From Daphnia carinata (lineage: Eukaryota), in contig NC_081331.1 in assembly GCF_022539665.2 (NCBI RefSeq), forward strand, positions 9,486,001 through 9,550,000: 64,000 bases of DNA. The letters run 5' to 3'. Position numbers and translations under genes: made by a program. The notes below the pieces were generated by a model, which ran no database searches, was not told the origin of the DNA, and was given only the letters and a program-made list of their open reading frames with translations. Below are positions 11,564 to 25,100 of this stretch, piece by piece; the stretch's first letter is position 1; every line of letters begins with the position of its first letter.

Positions 11564-13256
11564 ATGCCTCCGAAGAAATCAGACAAGTGGAAATCTGGTG
11601 GTGGCAAGAAAGGGAAAGGTGCAAAAGGAGACGGATCAAAGGGTAAAAAGAAAGGTGGCAAAAAGAAGGTGAAAGCCAAGTTGAGCGAAGATGCTAAAAA
11701 CAGGCAACAGGAGCAACGAGCTGCCGTCGAGGAAGAAAGGAGAAGGATGAGGGAAGAATTGATCAATTCTTTTCTCCGGGTAAGCTATACTCCCTGTTGA
11801 TATAGCACAGCCATATTAATCAGCTGATCATTTGTGTAAAAAAACTAGCATAAACTCATAAAAGAGCAGAATTTGACCCGACTTAATCAAAGTAAACTGA
11901 TTGAAAAATGGAGGCATGTCCTTCGCGACGCGAAAAGCCAAGAGCTTTCCAGGGAACTAGAAGTAAAGAACATTTTGATTTTCTACAAAATGTTGACTCA
12001 CGTTTTTAATGCAACACCCGTTAATGTTGTAGTTAATGAAATTAGATTTTGATAAACGCTACACGGAGAACGTAACTGAAATCAACCGTTTGATGGAATC
12101 TTTGCTCCAGAGCGGATTGGATTTCGTTCAGATATGCGATCGCCAAAAAATGGAAAGTGACAGAACTTACGGTTGGTTTCTCTTCTTCAATACCGATTTA
12201 ATGTAGTGACTAATTAAAATTTTGCGTGATGATATATTTCGTTCTTCATCAGAGGAACACGTGGCCAGACTAAAGGCTTTCGGGAACGTTTATGAACAGG
12301 AAAGTAAATCATTTAAAGCCACCATAGCCAAGGATTATCAAAAAGCTATGGCATGTCACCAAGAAGAAAAGCGTTCGCTGCTGTGTACTATTAACACTCT
12401 GCAATCGCATTATCGCGACAGCTATACAGCCCAGAAAGCCAACTTTCAAGTCCGTAAAGACGATATCATTAATCAGGTACTGCATTGCTGGAGTTAGAGC
12501 AAGTATTTATACAAAGAGGTAACGTGTTGTTTTAACCCTGTGCATATTTACCGTTTCTGTTTGCAGGGTCTGGAAGACGAGCAGACAATCCGTCAGAATC
12601 TGGAGCGACGGTTAGAGAACAGCTGGCAGCAATTACATGAGAATTGCGTCGATAGCGGCGAGTTAGACGACCAACGTTGGGCCTTGTACTCTCTTTTACG
12701 TAGGAGGGATCAAATCGCATGCGAGCAGCAGCATAGCGCTGAAAATCGTTTAGAAAAGCTCTCCAAGGCTGTCAACAAAATCCATGAAAAACACAACTGT
12801 CACGAGCACAGCACGCAAGAATTGATAGAGCGCCGCAACGAACTGCATGACAGGAGAGAACGTTGGCGACTCAGGTTACTAAAACAACAGCATCAACATG
12901 CCGAAAGACTGAAAGCAGTGGCAGCAAGTTCGAGTGATGCGGCCGAATATCTCGAACAATTGGTTAGGCAAGGTGTGCTCATTTTGCGATCGGCTCAACG
13001 TTGTCGTCTTTTAAAACCGCAGCCGAGTTCCGGTTCGTCGTCAAATTCGTCCGTCGCGTCGCCGTCCTCGGAGCCCTTTCAATATTTTTGGACAAGGTTC
13101 AACCATTCTTACCTTGAGACAGTCCTTTTACAACGACATCGGGCTGCTATTGTACGCGGACGCACGGCTGAGGCCGCTCGACTTCAAAAGGAGGTCGGCA
13201 TCCCCACGCGCTGGAGTTTGAATGGCACAAGTTTGGCTATTCATCCGGAGAAATAA
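11564..13256 (+). CDS. CCDC65: Dynein regulatory complex subunit 2 (CCDC65)-like coiled-coil protein (460 aa)
   Basis: Exons 11564-11779, 11849-11962, 12033-12171, 12253-12476, 12567-13256 splice in frame. EEERRRMREELINSFLRHKLIKEQNLTRLNQSKLIEKWRHVLRDAKSQELSRELE resembles the DRC2 N-terminal region as recalled; late FQYFWTRFN motif. Divergent. Confidence 0.75.
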
Positions 13257-14298
13257 TAACGCTGGTTCTCGTAAAAAGGCCTTTTTCTTTCCCTCGCCAG
13301 GTTCCCTCTCCTTCCGGCCTTCACTAAACTGTTTGCTTCGTCGCTTTTATCGTTCAAATGGCAATCATTGAAATATTTCATATCAAGCAATGGAAATGAG
13401 AGCTGAGTTAATCAGAAGATCGTGGGATGGCACACGTGCCCCATATCTCATGTTTCTTCGTCTGATCAGAGTCAGAGTACCATTGAAAAGCAGCCATATT
13501 GACAAGATTTGTGAATAGCGTTTACACAGAGTTTGCCTTTTCATTTTATCTCCTTCCATTCAAACGTGGCTCGTGATCATCGATCTAAAAATAAATAGCA
13601 TTGCGTTCACAAAAGGAATAAGGATGGATTTTGAATTTCCTGCCACGCGGTGGGATAGTAATCTCTCGCATAGCGTTTGATGTGTGTCCGAAGATTCCGG
13701 CATAGCATGAACGCTTTTGTATTTTTCAAACATTATATATAGAAGACAACTAAAAACAATATCGATCCCTTAATGCGAAATATGGCTGGCTCTTGCAACT
13801 TCTTTTTTTTTATTCAACGGCCAAAGCATTTGAAGAGAGAAAACAAAAATTTACGCGACCATAGGAACCGCGGATCTATCCCATACATTTCTTTTTTCTT
13901 TCCCCGGAAGAAAACAGACGTGTTTATTTGGTCGATCTTTCTGTTTGTTTAAAGATTAGTTGAACATGCAAAAGGACTTTTCGAAGGTGTAGCCAAGAAG
14001 CCAAGTTATATAATTCAAGAAAATGTATTTCCCCTTTTTCTTTGGCAATCGCGCTGAGCTCTGGACGTCATGGCAAATCGATAGCTGTCTTCCCAGGCGG
14101 GGAGAGATCGTGAACCCGTTATGACTAGTCGATTGAAAAGACAAGCATTCCAGCGTAGAAATAGAAAAGCACCCTTCACCATTGACCGATTTGCGTGAAC
14201 CTCTTCTAGTTCTGGATGAACGCCCGCGCTTGAAACAAAAAAAAAAGAGGCACTTGATTATGTCAGGTCCTTGTATCGCAGATTTTCTGCTTCTCTCA

Positions 14299-14648
14299 TC
14301 AGCGTTGTCTTTCTTCTTCTAGAGTCTGTTCCCTCTCAATTAATGAACCTGTCGAGTGGAAGGCAGCAGAGAAGGCCTACACAAGCCGTAGGGGTTAGAG
14401 TGGGAGGAAGTGAGAATTTTACTTGACGACTCGGCAGCGCAGGCACTCGCCGAATAAAAGGGTCCTCCTTCCGTTGCGTTTCTCTCTTCGTATGTCTCCT
14501 GTAATGGGATTGGGTTGCGCTTGCGAGTCTTCGACACCACGACCGCCGTATAAGAAATCGATGGCTTGTGCGTGAGAACTTCCCCATAGCCGGCGCATAT
14601 TCGCCCGTAATGGTCGGAGGAGAAGAAATGTCGCGATGATATGGCATC
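14299..14648 (-). other. Candidate small spliced gene or lncRNA exons
   Basis: GC-richer block with acceptor at 14649, a 74-nt intron 14422-14349 (gtaaaa...ctctaac...pyrimidine tract..gacag) and two frames open across the exon. No recognised homology. Confidence 0.3.
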
Positions 14649-16146
14649 CTGATTGTGTGTGTTTTTTATTCTACGTTTTCATTTATTCCCTCCGCTTGGC
14701 GTTTCTACGCCATAATAGTATAGATTGGGAACGGAATGTTGCCCAATCACTTTGAAAAATCGCATCTTTCGGATCTCCCTATATCGGAACTGAGCAGTTG
14801 AGTGCCCCGTCTATCAAAATAATTAGACCATCAAAGCTGTCCTTCTTTATACATTTGCCTGTCGATCGTAAATCCTCTGTCTCAATTTCGACCGCTCACC
14901 CTTTTTCGCTCTTCTTAGGTAACAAATGACTACTTAACTATATTTCTAGAATTGATTACGTATCGGTCTGCCCCTTTTCTCGCTGGCAAATCGCTTTCAT
15001 ATACAGTGGAAGCTTACGTTATAGTTTCGTAACCAAACCACAGGATAAAATAAGGTCCCTGGAAACTAGGTAATATCGACATTTCTCTCTTGGTATCGCA
15101 TTTGTTTGCGTGTTACGATCTCCGTGATTCCCGCACAGCCATTAGTTTTGCGTGTACCAATAATCCCCATTCACTAAATACAGTTTGGAGGCAACCCATA
15201 ACTACGTACACAATTATTCTCGATGCTGCGACAAATGTCAATATGTACCTTTGTGTGGTGGAATAAATATCGCGCAGCAAAAGTGATCCTGAGTGTTTAC
15301 AACTAGTGACGGAGATTGTCTCTCAAAACATACGTTTAATCCAGACAACACACAAAATCGATTCTGCTCGACTAGACTTGAAAGTAAAATTTGCTCGTGA
15401 TATTCTTCTCTGGAATTGTCTTGTGTTTTTAGACAAAAATCGATACGTTTTCAGTGCACTGCGTTATCACCTGAGTGAAAGAATTCAAAGAAACATTGCC
15501 ACAATCATGGTTGTCTCATTTCAGTTTGATGTTGGAAAATGTGTACATTTTCTATTGCAACGCAGTCATTGTACATCCTTTACACGATTCTTTCTCGCTG
15601 CTTTTTTTTAATCTAGCACCTCCCATCACTACCTGAAAATTGAACTTCTGTGCGTCGTTTGTCAATAGTAGATCCTCCTCTTTTTTTTTTCTCCATGATA
15701 TCGTGCTATCATCCAGTTATCTTTTTTCTTTCCGTTGCCGTGACTTTGTTCGCCCATTCCCGCGATCCTCCTGGTGCATACCTATCGCTTGTTACTTCTG
15801 CTACCGCATTCGGAGGGATCGTCGCAGTAGCGGTGAGTCTTTCGAGCAGATCGGACGCGGTGTTCGGCGCCCTCCAGGTCTCATCCTGACGCCTTTCGTT
15901 TTTAATGTTGTGTCTCGGCGTGTGCATGTGTGATCGTTGTAAGAGTGTGGCTTTGTGTCCCTGTGATTGCGTAGTTACCGACCGTGTATAAAGATCGCTA
16001 GTACCCGAGACTGTTGTGTCTGTACGTACACCGGCACGGTTTTTTTCGACGTGAAGTTTCGTTAAGAGCGCATTCCATCGAATAATCGATTGCTGTTGTG
16101 TTGTTATTTATACAGTACTATTTTTACGTGTATTGTCGTTTACGTC

Positions 16147-19100
16147 ATGGTAAGTCGGATGCTGTTGCTTTTCATTCTATTTTTTATTTCTATACTGTAT
16201 AAGTTCATCCGTTTTACCAGTGACTGTTGTTTCTCTTCAAAATACCAGTCTCGACATAATTTAACGAAACTTTTAAGTCTTCCGTGGATGACGAATAAAG
16301 TTGACATGTTTATTTATTTCTTTTTTTTTTCTCAACTCCAGTTTTACCTTGAAGTTAGCTTCGCAAACTAAAGTCTTCTCTTTTATTTTTTTCATTTGAA
16401 TGTCAAAGTTTTGTCTAGTTTTTTTTTCTCTATAATGATGTGCTTGTTTTTACGTGCCATTTCTACTACCTTAAGACGTATGTTAAAATAGAATCCCTCT
16501 TCTTAGAGGTATCGATCAAAATAAGATCTAAAGCTAAAGCTTCGAACGATTCATTCAGACGTGTTGCTTTACGAAAGAGCTGTAATACTAACTATTTAGC
16601 TGAGAACAAAGCAAATAATATCTGGTTCTTTATGTAGTACACAGAGAGTTATATAGACTGCTTTGGCTTAACAAGAAGAAATGAGTCTCACCGATCTTAT
16701 GTCCAGTTAATGATCCCAATCAATGGTGGATATCTAGATAGATGCTGGATGTCCTTTTTTTTTTAAAATCCCGTGCTGGCCGTGTTCCGGTTCGGCTCAC
16801 GTTCTCGTGACTAGCGTATGGGTATGGATTAGCGTTGTCATAAGCAACCAAGTAGTGTTGTTGGTCAAGATTTCAGGCGATACGCATCGCCGTTCGGTCT
16901 TATAAAAATGGCATCGGTGGGCAAGGAAGTCACGATCCCTACCGTCACGATCACCATCCTTTTCGTTAGATGTGACATGTCTCGTTGCTTGCCTCTGCAT
17001 CCACCTTAATAATGATCTGTCAACTAATTCCTTCCCCTCAAGCATTTATTTTCTCCTAATTTTTTAGTGTGAATACAGTTCGCGCAGCCAAAGGCTGTCA
17101 AGTTATGTTCTCTCATTCATTTTCGTTTGTGGGATTTTTTTTGTTCAATGAAAATAACGAAAATGATGATCAAATTAATGCGAACATGCTAATCATTTTT
17201 CTGTATATCATCCTACGACCAACTCGGAATTCCATACATTCACGGTTGTATTTGGCGCAATTCTTTGAACGAAGAACGTATCTCTGTGATAAATTTTACG
17301 ATTCTAAAATTTGAAAATACCGGCAGTTATTCACGCTGCTATTATGGGCCGAATGCCAATAAGCTCTTTCATGTTCTCACGCCGATTGAGCAGTGCTTCG
17401 TAGTTTCCCTTTTTAAAATGCTTCTGGAACATTTTCCGTAGTTACCTTTTTTTTGTTTTCGAGGGATGGGCTAGGAGGTCTATGGTAGTTGATGAAAATT
17501 TGCTTTAACTAATATGCAAACACAATTGAAAGATCATTATCTTTACTTAGGCAAAATAGACTGTGGTGTTCTACAGTCCGAACAGGTGATTGGTCTGGAA
17601 ATAGTTAACGTCTTCGAGCTCACGTTGTTTCAAAATCGATTCGTGGCAAGACGGGATTGCAAAAGCCTTTCATTTATTTACAGTAGTTTTATGTTCAACT
17701 TCCTCATGAAGAAACGACGTAAATTTTTTATCTTGACGGAAAGCAACTCATGGCTTACGCATCTGAACGATTCATAAGGTAGCAACTTTGTAATAGCTAT
17801 TGCCTCGCCGATCGTTATACTAGAGACGAAATGGACCGTCCAAAAATGTCATTTTTGGTCCAATTTTAAATTGGTCGAAAAGAAATTGAATTTGAACAAT
17901 AAATGAGCATACGAAGGAGAACATTTATGGAACAGGGAAGACGCATCACGTCGTCCCCATCATTACAAAATCATTGCTTTTCCCGGTGGGTTTCATCTGA
18001 ATTTAGTATTTCCGTATTTCAGGCGTGGGCAGTTCAAAGTTGCGTTTCAGCTTAACGTTAAAAAAAACTTCTAGCATTATGGATCCTTACGGTATCGACG
18101 TATTCCGTAGACCTTGTGGTAAAAATTCTTATTTGTCGCACTTTCCTTTTGATACACAGCCATTAGTAAAAATGAGTTTTCATTTGGTAGGCGAGGGAAC
18201 GCCAGCTGGGATAAGAGAGTACACTTTTGTTGCCATGGTAACTATTTTCTTGTTTCGCTTCGTTAATTCCCAAATGAATCGCGTACTTTTCTACAAAGTT
18301 GGCCTTAATTCTACAAAATGATAAACGATGCACCGAGCAATTAGTTGAAAAGAAGACCAATGTCAGGCATGAAACCTGTTAGCACTAACTTTAAGTTAAA
18401 TCGTATATCTATATATATATCACACAAAATCCAACGAAAAGTGTCTGAAATGCAACAGGGTATCTCTACGTTCGATAAAACGAGGAAATGGCTTCGCTTT
18501 ATTTTTTAACGATGTTTGATTTTATCCATACAAAAAAGTAGGACACCCGAAGCAGATTTAATATCGGCAGGATAACGCCGTTGCCGTGGTGAAATCGTAA
18601 CAGCCAGCTCGTAAAGTTTATGTATTCATTGACTCAAAAGAGAGGTTCATCAATTCAGGTTAGCGGCATCCTACCTCCATAGTCTATGGCCCCTCTAAGC
18701 TGATCCCCGTATGCCAAAAGTCACTTTCGCTGCAAACCCCGTAAGGAAACGACGACGATTGAATTGAGAGTCATGCATCCAGTATCCATCGTTTTTTTTT
18801 TCTAAAAACTTCCATCCATAATCCAAACACAGGACTCTCTTTCCCCAAGCTAATGCCCCAAACTGCACAGTCAGCTCAATCGGGACTGTGCGTACAACAT
18901 GCAGTCGACCACCCCTTTTATAGATCCATTAACCAATTTGATCATACGTTCGTGATCAAAGCTTTCGTCGGTCTCGGCTATAATAAACGAGGTCAACTAA
19001 ACGTGGAACGATATGACAAATCAAATAAGCAAAATATGTTTACGGAAAAAAACGAATTTTCGTAGCGGATATGCAAACAACATCGGTAGGCTCGAGACTG

Positions 19101-22100
19101 GGAAAATAAAAACGTAAGAAAAGAATAAGAAAAACGTATGCCATCCCATAGAACTCCGATATTGAGATTTGAATGCGAGCTAGAGGTCGTGGCTTGAGTG
19201 CGCTGGCAACAAAAGGCCACTGCAATCAAAAAGATGATCAGTTTGAGCTGTGCCAGACCTTGTACGTGTATTACACATATTTTTTTTTTCTCTCTCTCTC
19301 CCTCGCTCCTTGAAATGGCGCATTGGATCGAATGGAAACGTAGCGTGTATAGTATATAAGGAAACCTATTTGTTATTGATTCCATATTGATCGTGTGGTG
19401 TTCAATGAAATAGGAAACGACCGAGATGACGTCGCCGATGATTGCTGTCTCTGTCGCCATGGTTGACAACCCACCAGACGGAGAATTAATGAAGGGCCAG
19501 CCTAAAGATCAGGGAGATCAACAAGCCTTCTCGTCATCTCCGACGGCTGCCGCATCTGCCGCTAGCCCGACTCGCCAGAACGATGACGATGGCATCCACC
19601 TGGCACCGGAAGGATCTAAATTAACACCAGTAGGAAGTGGAGGACTTCAAGTCGCTTCGGAAAGGAGATTATCCTTCGTCCAGCAGGAAGGTCGTGCCCG
19701 TTCGCGTAGCGTCGGCGAGAAGCAATGGACTCGGTGCGTGTAAAAATTGGTGACTTTCCCTTGGAAGAAACTCAATCGACACAAGGGTTACATAAAAAAC
19801 TTGTTTTTTTGTTGTTGTTTTTACAAATGTAGTGTCCGTGCCGTTATGGCCTGGTACACCCGACTGCGCCGCATCAAAAAGTCAGTAGTATACTATTACC
19901 CACTTTTTTTTCTTGTCGTGTACGCCGTGCCCTTTTGCATATAAGAAGTTTTTTTAGACGAACGAAAAAAAAAAAAAAATTGTGTTATTGATATTTTTAC
20001 CTTGACGTAACGGGATACTGGGATGGGGAAGGGGGGGGGGGGCGGACAAACTCAATCTCTTCTTTTGTCAGAGAAAATATCTTGAGTAGAGCTTCGGTTG
20101 AACCAAGACACTTTTAGCTTCTTCTGTGTTCTGTCCTTTGTTTGGCTCTTTTTCAGCGATGAAACATACATTGAACTATTTTGCGTTTTCACCGCTGGTT
20201 TCAGACTTTGTAGACGTGTATTAGTATAACTTTGATGGGGATTCGTCACAGGCCTACCTGCACATACAACACACACAAAAAAGGAGACAGTGAATTTTCA
20301 AAAAAATGTCTTACCAAAAGAACACTTTGAATAAGACACACAATGTCTCTGAGTTAACCAAATCTTGAGGCGATTTTGGTTTGTCATTACGTGTGCTAAC
20401 GTGTTAATACTTCAAATATCCGTTGGCAGTGTTGCTTGTGGCTGATCCGTTTTCTCTCTCTCTCTCTCTCTTTTCTTTCTATCTTTTTATGTAATGTGTG
20501 CCTTCCTCTTGAACACCCACCGCCTTCCGTCTGCTCTTGCAAAAAACCCATGTCTGATCTTTCCTGCTCGACATCCTGTAACCACCGGTGTTTCCCATCG
20601 CCTGTTGTCGGTGGACGATCTCCTTAAACCGGACCACTACTTAAAAAAAAAAAAAAAACGAACTACTCCGAATCTACCGCTTCTACCCCTCAAAAAAATA
20701 ATGGTGCATGACCGATGGTGCAACGACCAACCTATTGTTTAAAAAAAAAAAAAACCTACGCACGGTTGGGGTTTAAAAAAACAAACTAAGAAGCATTCCC
20801 GGGATCGGTTCTAACGCCGATGGTGCCGTTCTGGCACCCGACACGGCGCCGGTCACTTCGGCCCCACATGATCCGTCTTCGATTGGTGAGGGCAGGTCAA
20901 GGAGCGCTCAACGCTGGATGAAATTACGGACGACCGTCCAGTTAACAAGCGCCATAACCAGCACGGTGGCCCAGTCGAAGAAGACGTCGCTCAAACGAGA
21001 GGATTCGTTCATCGCCCGATTCTCCACACGCCAAATCCCCGAAGCTCAGGTAAAGTTTATTTTGTTCTTATTTTTTAAATTAGGCGATGGAAGAGATTAG
21101 GAATTGAAGAACGAGAAACCCGCAAAACGTCGTCGTATTTATATGCTTTTATAAGCACCGTAAGTCTTGTCACAGTTCAGTCGGTGCTGAAACAATAACT
21201 TGGAGGGGGGGGGCGCTTGCAAGGATTCCATTGAGATGATTACAAAAAGTAGAAACGAACAGTCGATCGACATCAAAGCGTCAATGCTAGCAAATAGTTC
21301 GTTGATTTTTGTTTGCTCTTCGATGACAAAGCAAACTCCCCCCCCCCCCTTTTTTTTCTTTTTTTTTATTCCACGTGTCTTACAACGAATTTTACACTGC
21401 AATAAAAGTCGTTTGGAGCCCGTCCTCAAAATCAGTTGCCATAATGACCGTGCTTGGTAGAAAACGATCGATCTTTCCCATGATTGCATTTCATTTTATT
21501 ATCTTCCCTTTTTTTTTTTCTTTTTGCTTCAAAAAGAAAAGAAAAAAAAAAGGCCCAAGCCAATAAATTCTATGACGGGGGGTTTTATTACACTTCAATG
21601 TGCATACACGGCAGCAGAGAGAAAAAGGAGCAGCAGGCCTTTGGCGTTTATCTCGTACACGGCTTCCCTGTCGAATGTAGGCAGGTCTAAGAGTGCACTC
21701 TTATTCCATTTTGGATAATGCGATGATAAAAGTCTGTATAGTCGGAGCAAATTGTCAATCGATATGAGACTTTTCTTTTGCCTTTATGTTTACGCACCTC
21801 ATAAGGAACTGTGCAATGCTCGATTAGAAATCTTTTTCATTTTCGTTCAGGAGGGTAAGAACACTGTTGTATTGTAAACGAGCATGACGCCATCGGCCTT
21901 GTTGCGCGCACTGGGCTTAAACAAACACATACCAAAATAAGCAAATCGATTGTTTCTCAAGAACCGTTGTCACCCTCGCTTACTTGCGTTGGGCTCAAAG
22001 ACATTTTTTTGGAAGTTGCAGTTGCTCACGTACGCAATAAGAAGACTCAAAAGCCAAGGCTTTTGTATATTTGATGGGAACATGCCACGATGCGTTCCTT

Positions 22101-25100
22101 GGATCATGCATGATGTTCGTGACTTTTTTTCTTTCTTTTTACCTTCCAACAGACGTGATCGCACGTGAAGAGCTATATTTGTCTCACGAACGCAGGCAAT
22201 CAGTCATCTTGAATTTCATTTGTTAAGTCAATGTAAAGGTTTTTGTTTTGTTTTTTTCCATAATGACTTCCGTGAAACACCCCTCAGGAATATGAATGGA
22301 TCTTTTAAATAATCAACTGATTAATTATGCACAGGATTAATCACTCGGACGAGTTCATAGGGGCCAGCGATATGATGTCAATATTTTGATAGCGAAAATT
22401 GAAATGGGATTCAAAGTTGTACTCATTTTCATTAGGTTCTTTAAAAAAAAATGTACGAATTATTTTCGGTAGGAGACGTTCGACGCGACGGATGAAGGTG
22501 GGAGTAGTTCCGGTGGCAACGGTGGGAGCGGAACGTGCGGAGGAGCTTTACCTCCGTTGGGCGACAACAGCAAAACAGCTGGCGGAGCCAGCCATTCTGT
22601 CGGCGAGAAAGTGAAGCGTCGCCGACGACACCAGAAACCGCCTCGTTCCGTCCTCAACCCGGACGAGAACGGCCTGTTCTATTGGCTGGCCTTTTTGGCC
22701 CTGTGGGTCCTTTACAATTTGTGGACGGTCGTCGTCCGTCTGGCCTTCCCCGAACTGCACCAGGACGAGAATCTGTTCGCCTGGAACGTCTGCGACGCCC
22801 TGGGAGATGCCGCCTACGCCCTGGACATCGCCGTCCAGTTCCGGACCGGCTACCTGGAGCAAGGAATCATGGTCCACGACAGCCGCAAACTGGCCATCCA
22901 CTACGTTCGCTCAAAGGCCTTCTTGATCGACATGTTCAGTCTCCTTCCCTTGGATTGGATGCTGCTCTCGCACCAGGTGGCCGACCCGATTCTGGCCAGA
23001 TGGAGGCCGGCTTGCCGCTTCTTACGCTTGGTCAAGCTCTACCGCGTCTTCGCCTTTTACTACGTGTAACATTTTCTCTTCTCTCTTTTTTTTTTTTTTT
23101 AATTCGTTTTAAGTTTTCGCTCAATTTGGATGAAAAAATTTGCATTTTTGGAATACCGTGCAGACTAATCCGGGTGGAACTAATATGAATTCCGATGCCA
23201 TGGCATGGCATTTAAAAGGGCAAAAGATGGAATTGATCAATGACTTATTTATTCCTGTCAGAGAATCGATTGACAAACAAGCTGCATTTGTTTGTTTGTT
23301 TTTTTCCTTCGGTTTTTTGGGTATCTTTTTTTTTTAATTGGAAGTAGAATGATAACAAAAACCCATGAATGTTTTCAATGCTGTAAAGCAGAGTCGTTGA
23401 TTAGACCACCGACTTATTGTGAATCACGAGAACTGCGTCTATTGATTTGAGCAGAAAGTGTCCCAGAACGTGCCCTCTTTTGATAAAAAAAAAAGGGAGC
23501 CATTCTTTTCATGAATTCACAGATCGATATTTTCCAAAATTCTTCAATTGAAATTCTCACAATCTTATCATGCGTTTTCTTTTTCTTTTTTGTTTTCGCT
23601 ATCGACGTCGAACAGGGTGGAATCGAGAACGGTGTATCCGAACGCGTGGCGAGTGGTCAATTTGGTGCACATCCTGCTGATGCTGGCCCATTGGTTCGGC
23701 TGCTTTTACTTCCTACTATCCGAGTCGGAAGGCTTTCAGTCCGATTGGTCCTATCCGTATCCGGAAGGCGATTTCGGCACGCTGACTCGAAAGTATCTCG
23801 GCTCGCTCTACTGGTCCACGCTCACCCTGACCACCATCGGTGACCTGCCAACTCCCGAGACCAACGCAGAGTGAGTGCTATTTATATCTCTTTCAATCGT
23901 GTTCCTATATTTTTACGTTTATTCATCCGGCGGTACCGTCTGTTTACCATTTTATTAATAACCGATGGTGGAACCTATCACAAACCGTGCCTGATCAATT
24001 CTAGACGACACAAAGCAAAAAATAGTTTGGGTTTCTTGTTACTCGTCCTCTGTAAGGAAATACCGGTTAGGATTTAATAAAAAAATAATAATAATAATAA
24101 GGTTAAATGAAAAAAAGAAAAAAGAAAAGGAAGTGTATCAAAGTGAAATAAGAGATCAAATGGCTGATTCTTTTCGGGGTCAATGGCGCATACGTTTTGT
24201 TGCTGTCGACCGGTTCGGCTTCTGCGTTCGTTACAGCCGGCCGAGAAAACCTCATCGGCCTCAGCGGTCGGCTTCCATGTCTCCGGTGGCACCTCATTCG
24301 TCAGCTGCCCCAGGATGGGTCGGCCAATGTTCAAACACGTCACGATGGAATGTCGCTTCTGGCAGCGTGTCCAGCCAAGGATACAGTCACGGAGGCAACG
24401 ACGATGGATTACAAGCGTTGCCAAGACGCGGGCTCAAGTCTCGCATTCTCCACCATTCCACCAATCAAGGGTCCGAACGCACAATAATCACTTGATTGCT
24501 AAATTCTTTTTCTTTTTTTTTTCGGTTTGCATTTATTTTTTTGCATCTAGATTTTTCGTTTTTTTTTTTTTTTTTTTTTTTTTCGTTTTAGTTGTTGTTT
24601 GTGAATGATCCCTTCTCATTTAGTCGGATATCGTACACTTGGAATTCAATTTCAGGGTTGTATTACATGTAAAAGAGGAGAATGATATTCGATAAGTATT
24701 GATGAGCCATTATAATGTAATAGATCAAATAGCTTCGTTTATTATTTGCCAGGTTTCTTTTAAAAAAATGAAGTAATAAAAAACATAACTCAGACAAATT
24801 CCCGAGTTGAGTACGAGGCTATTCAACAGACTCGTATAGATGATGACTTTTACCCTTTTATATGGCCTCTTTTCTTTTTCTTTTTTTTTTTTTTCTTTTC
24901 GTTTGTTGAAAGGCTTGAAGTTTCCTGTTCTTGTTTCTTTCTGATTTCTTCTCCTTCCCGTTGGATACGTAGCCTAGCAAAGTGCAAGAAAGCGTGTAAA
25001 CAAGTGTTCATCCCTCCAGGCCCGATCCCTTCTCACCTCCTTCTTTAGAGTGTTTGCTAAAATTGTTCTTGAGTAGATTGCTTTTTGGTTGGTTTCAATC

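Noticed and set aside
19453..19467. X-box-like GTCGCCATGGTTGAC
   Set aside because: Lies in coding sequence (VAMVD) and deviates from the consensus.
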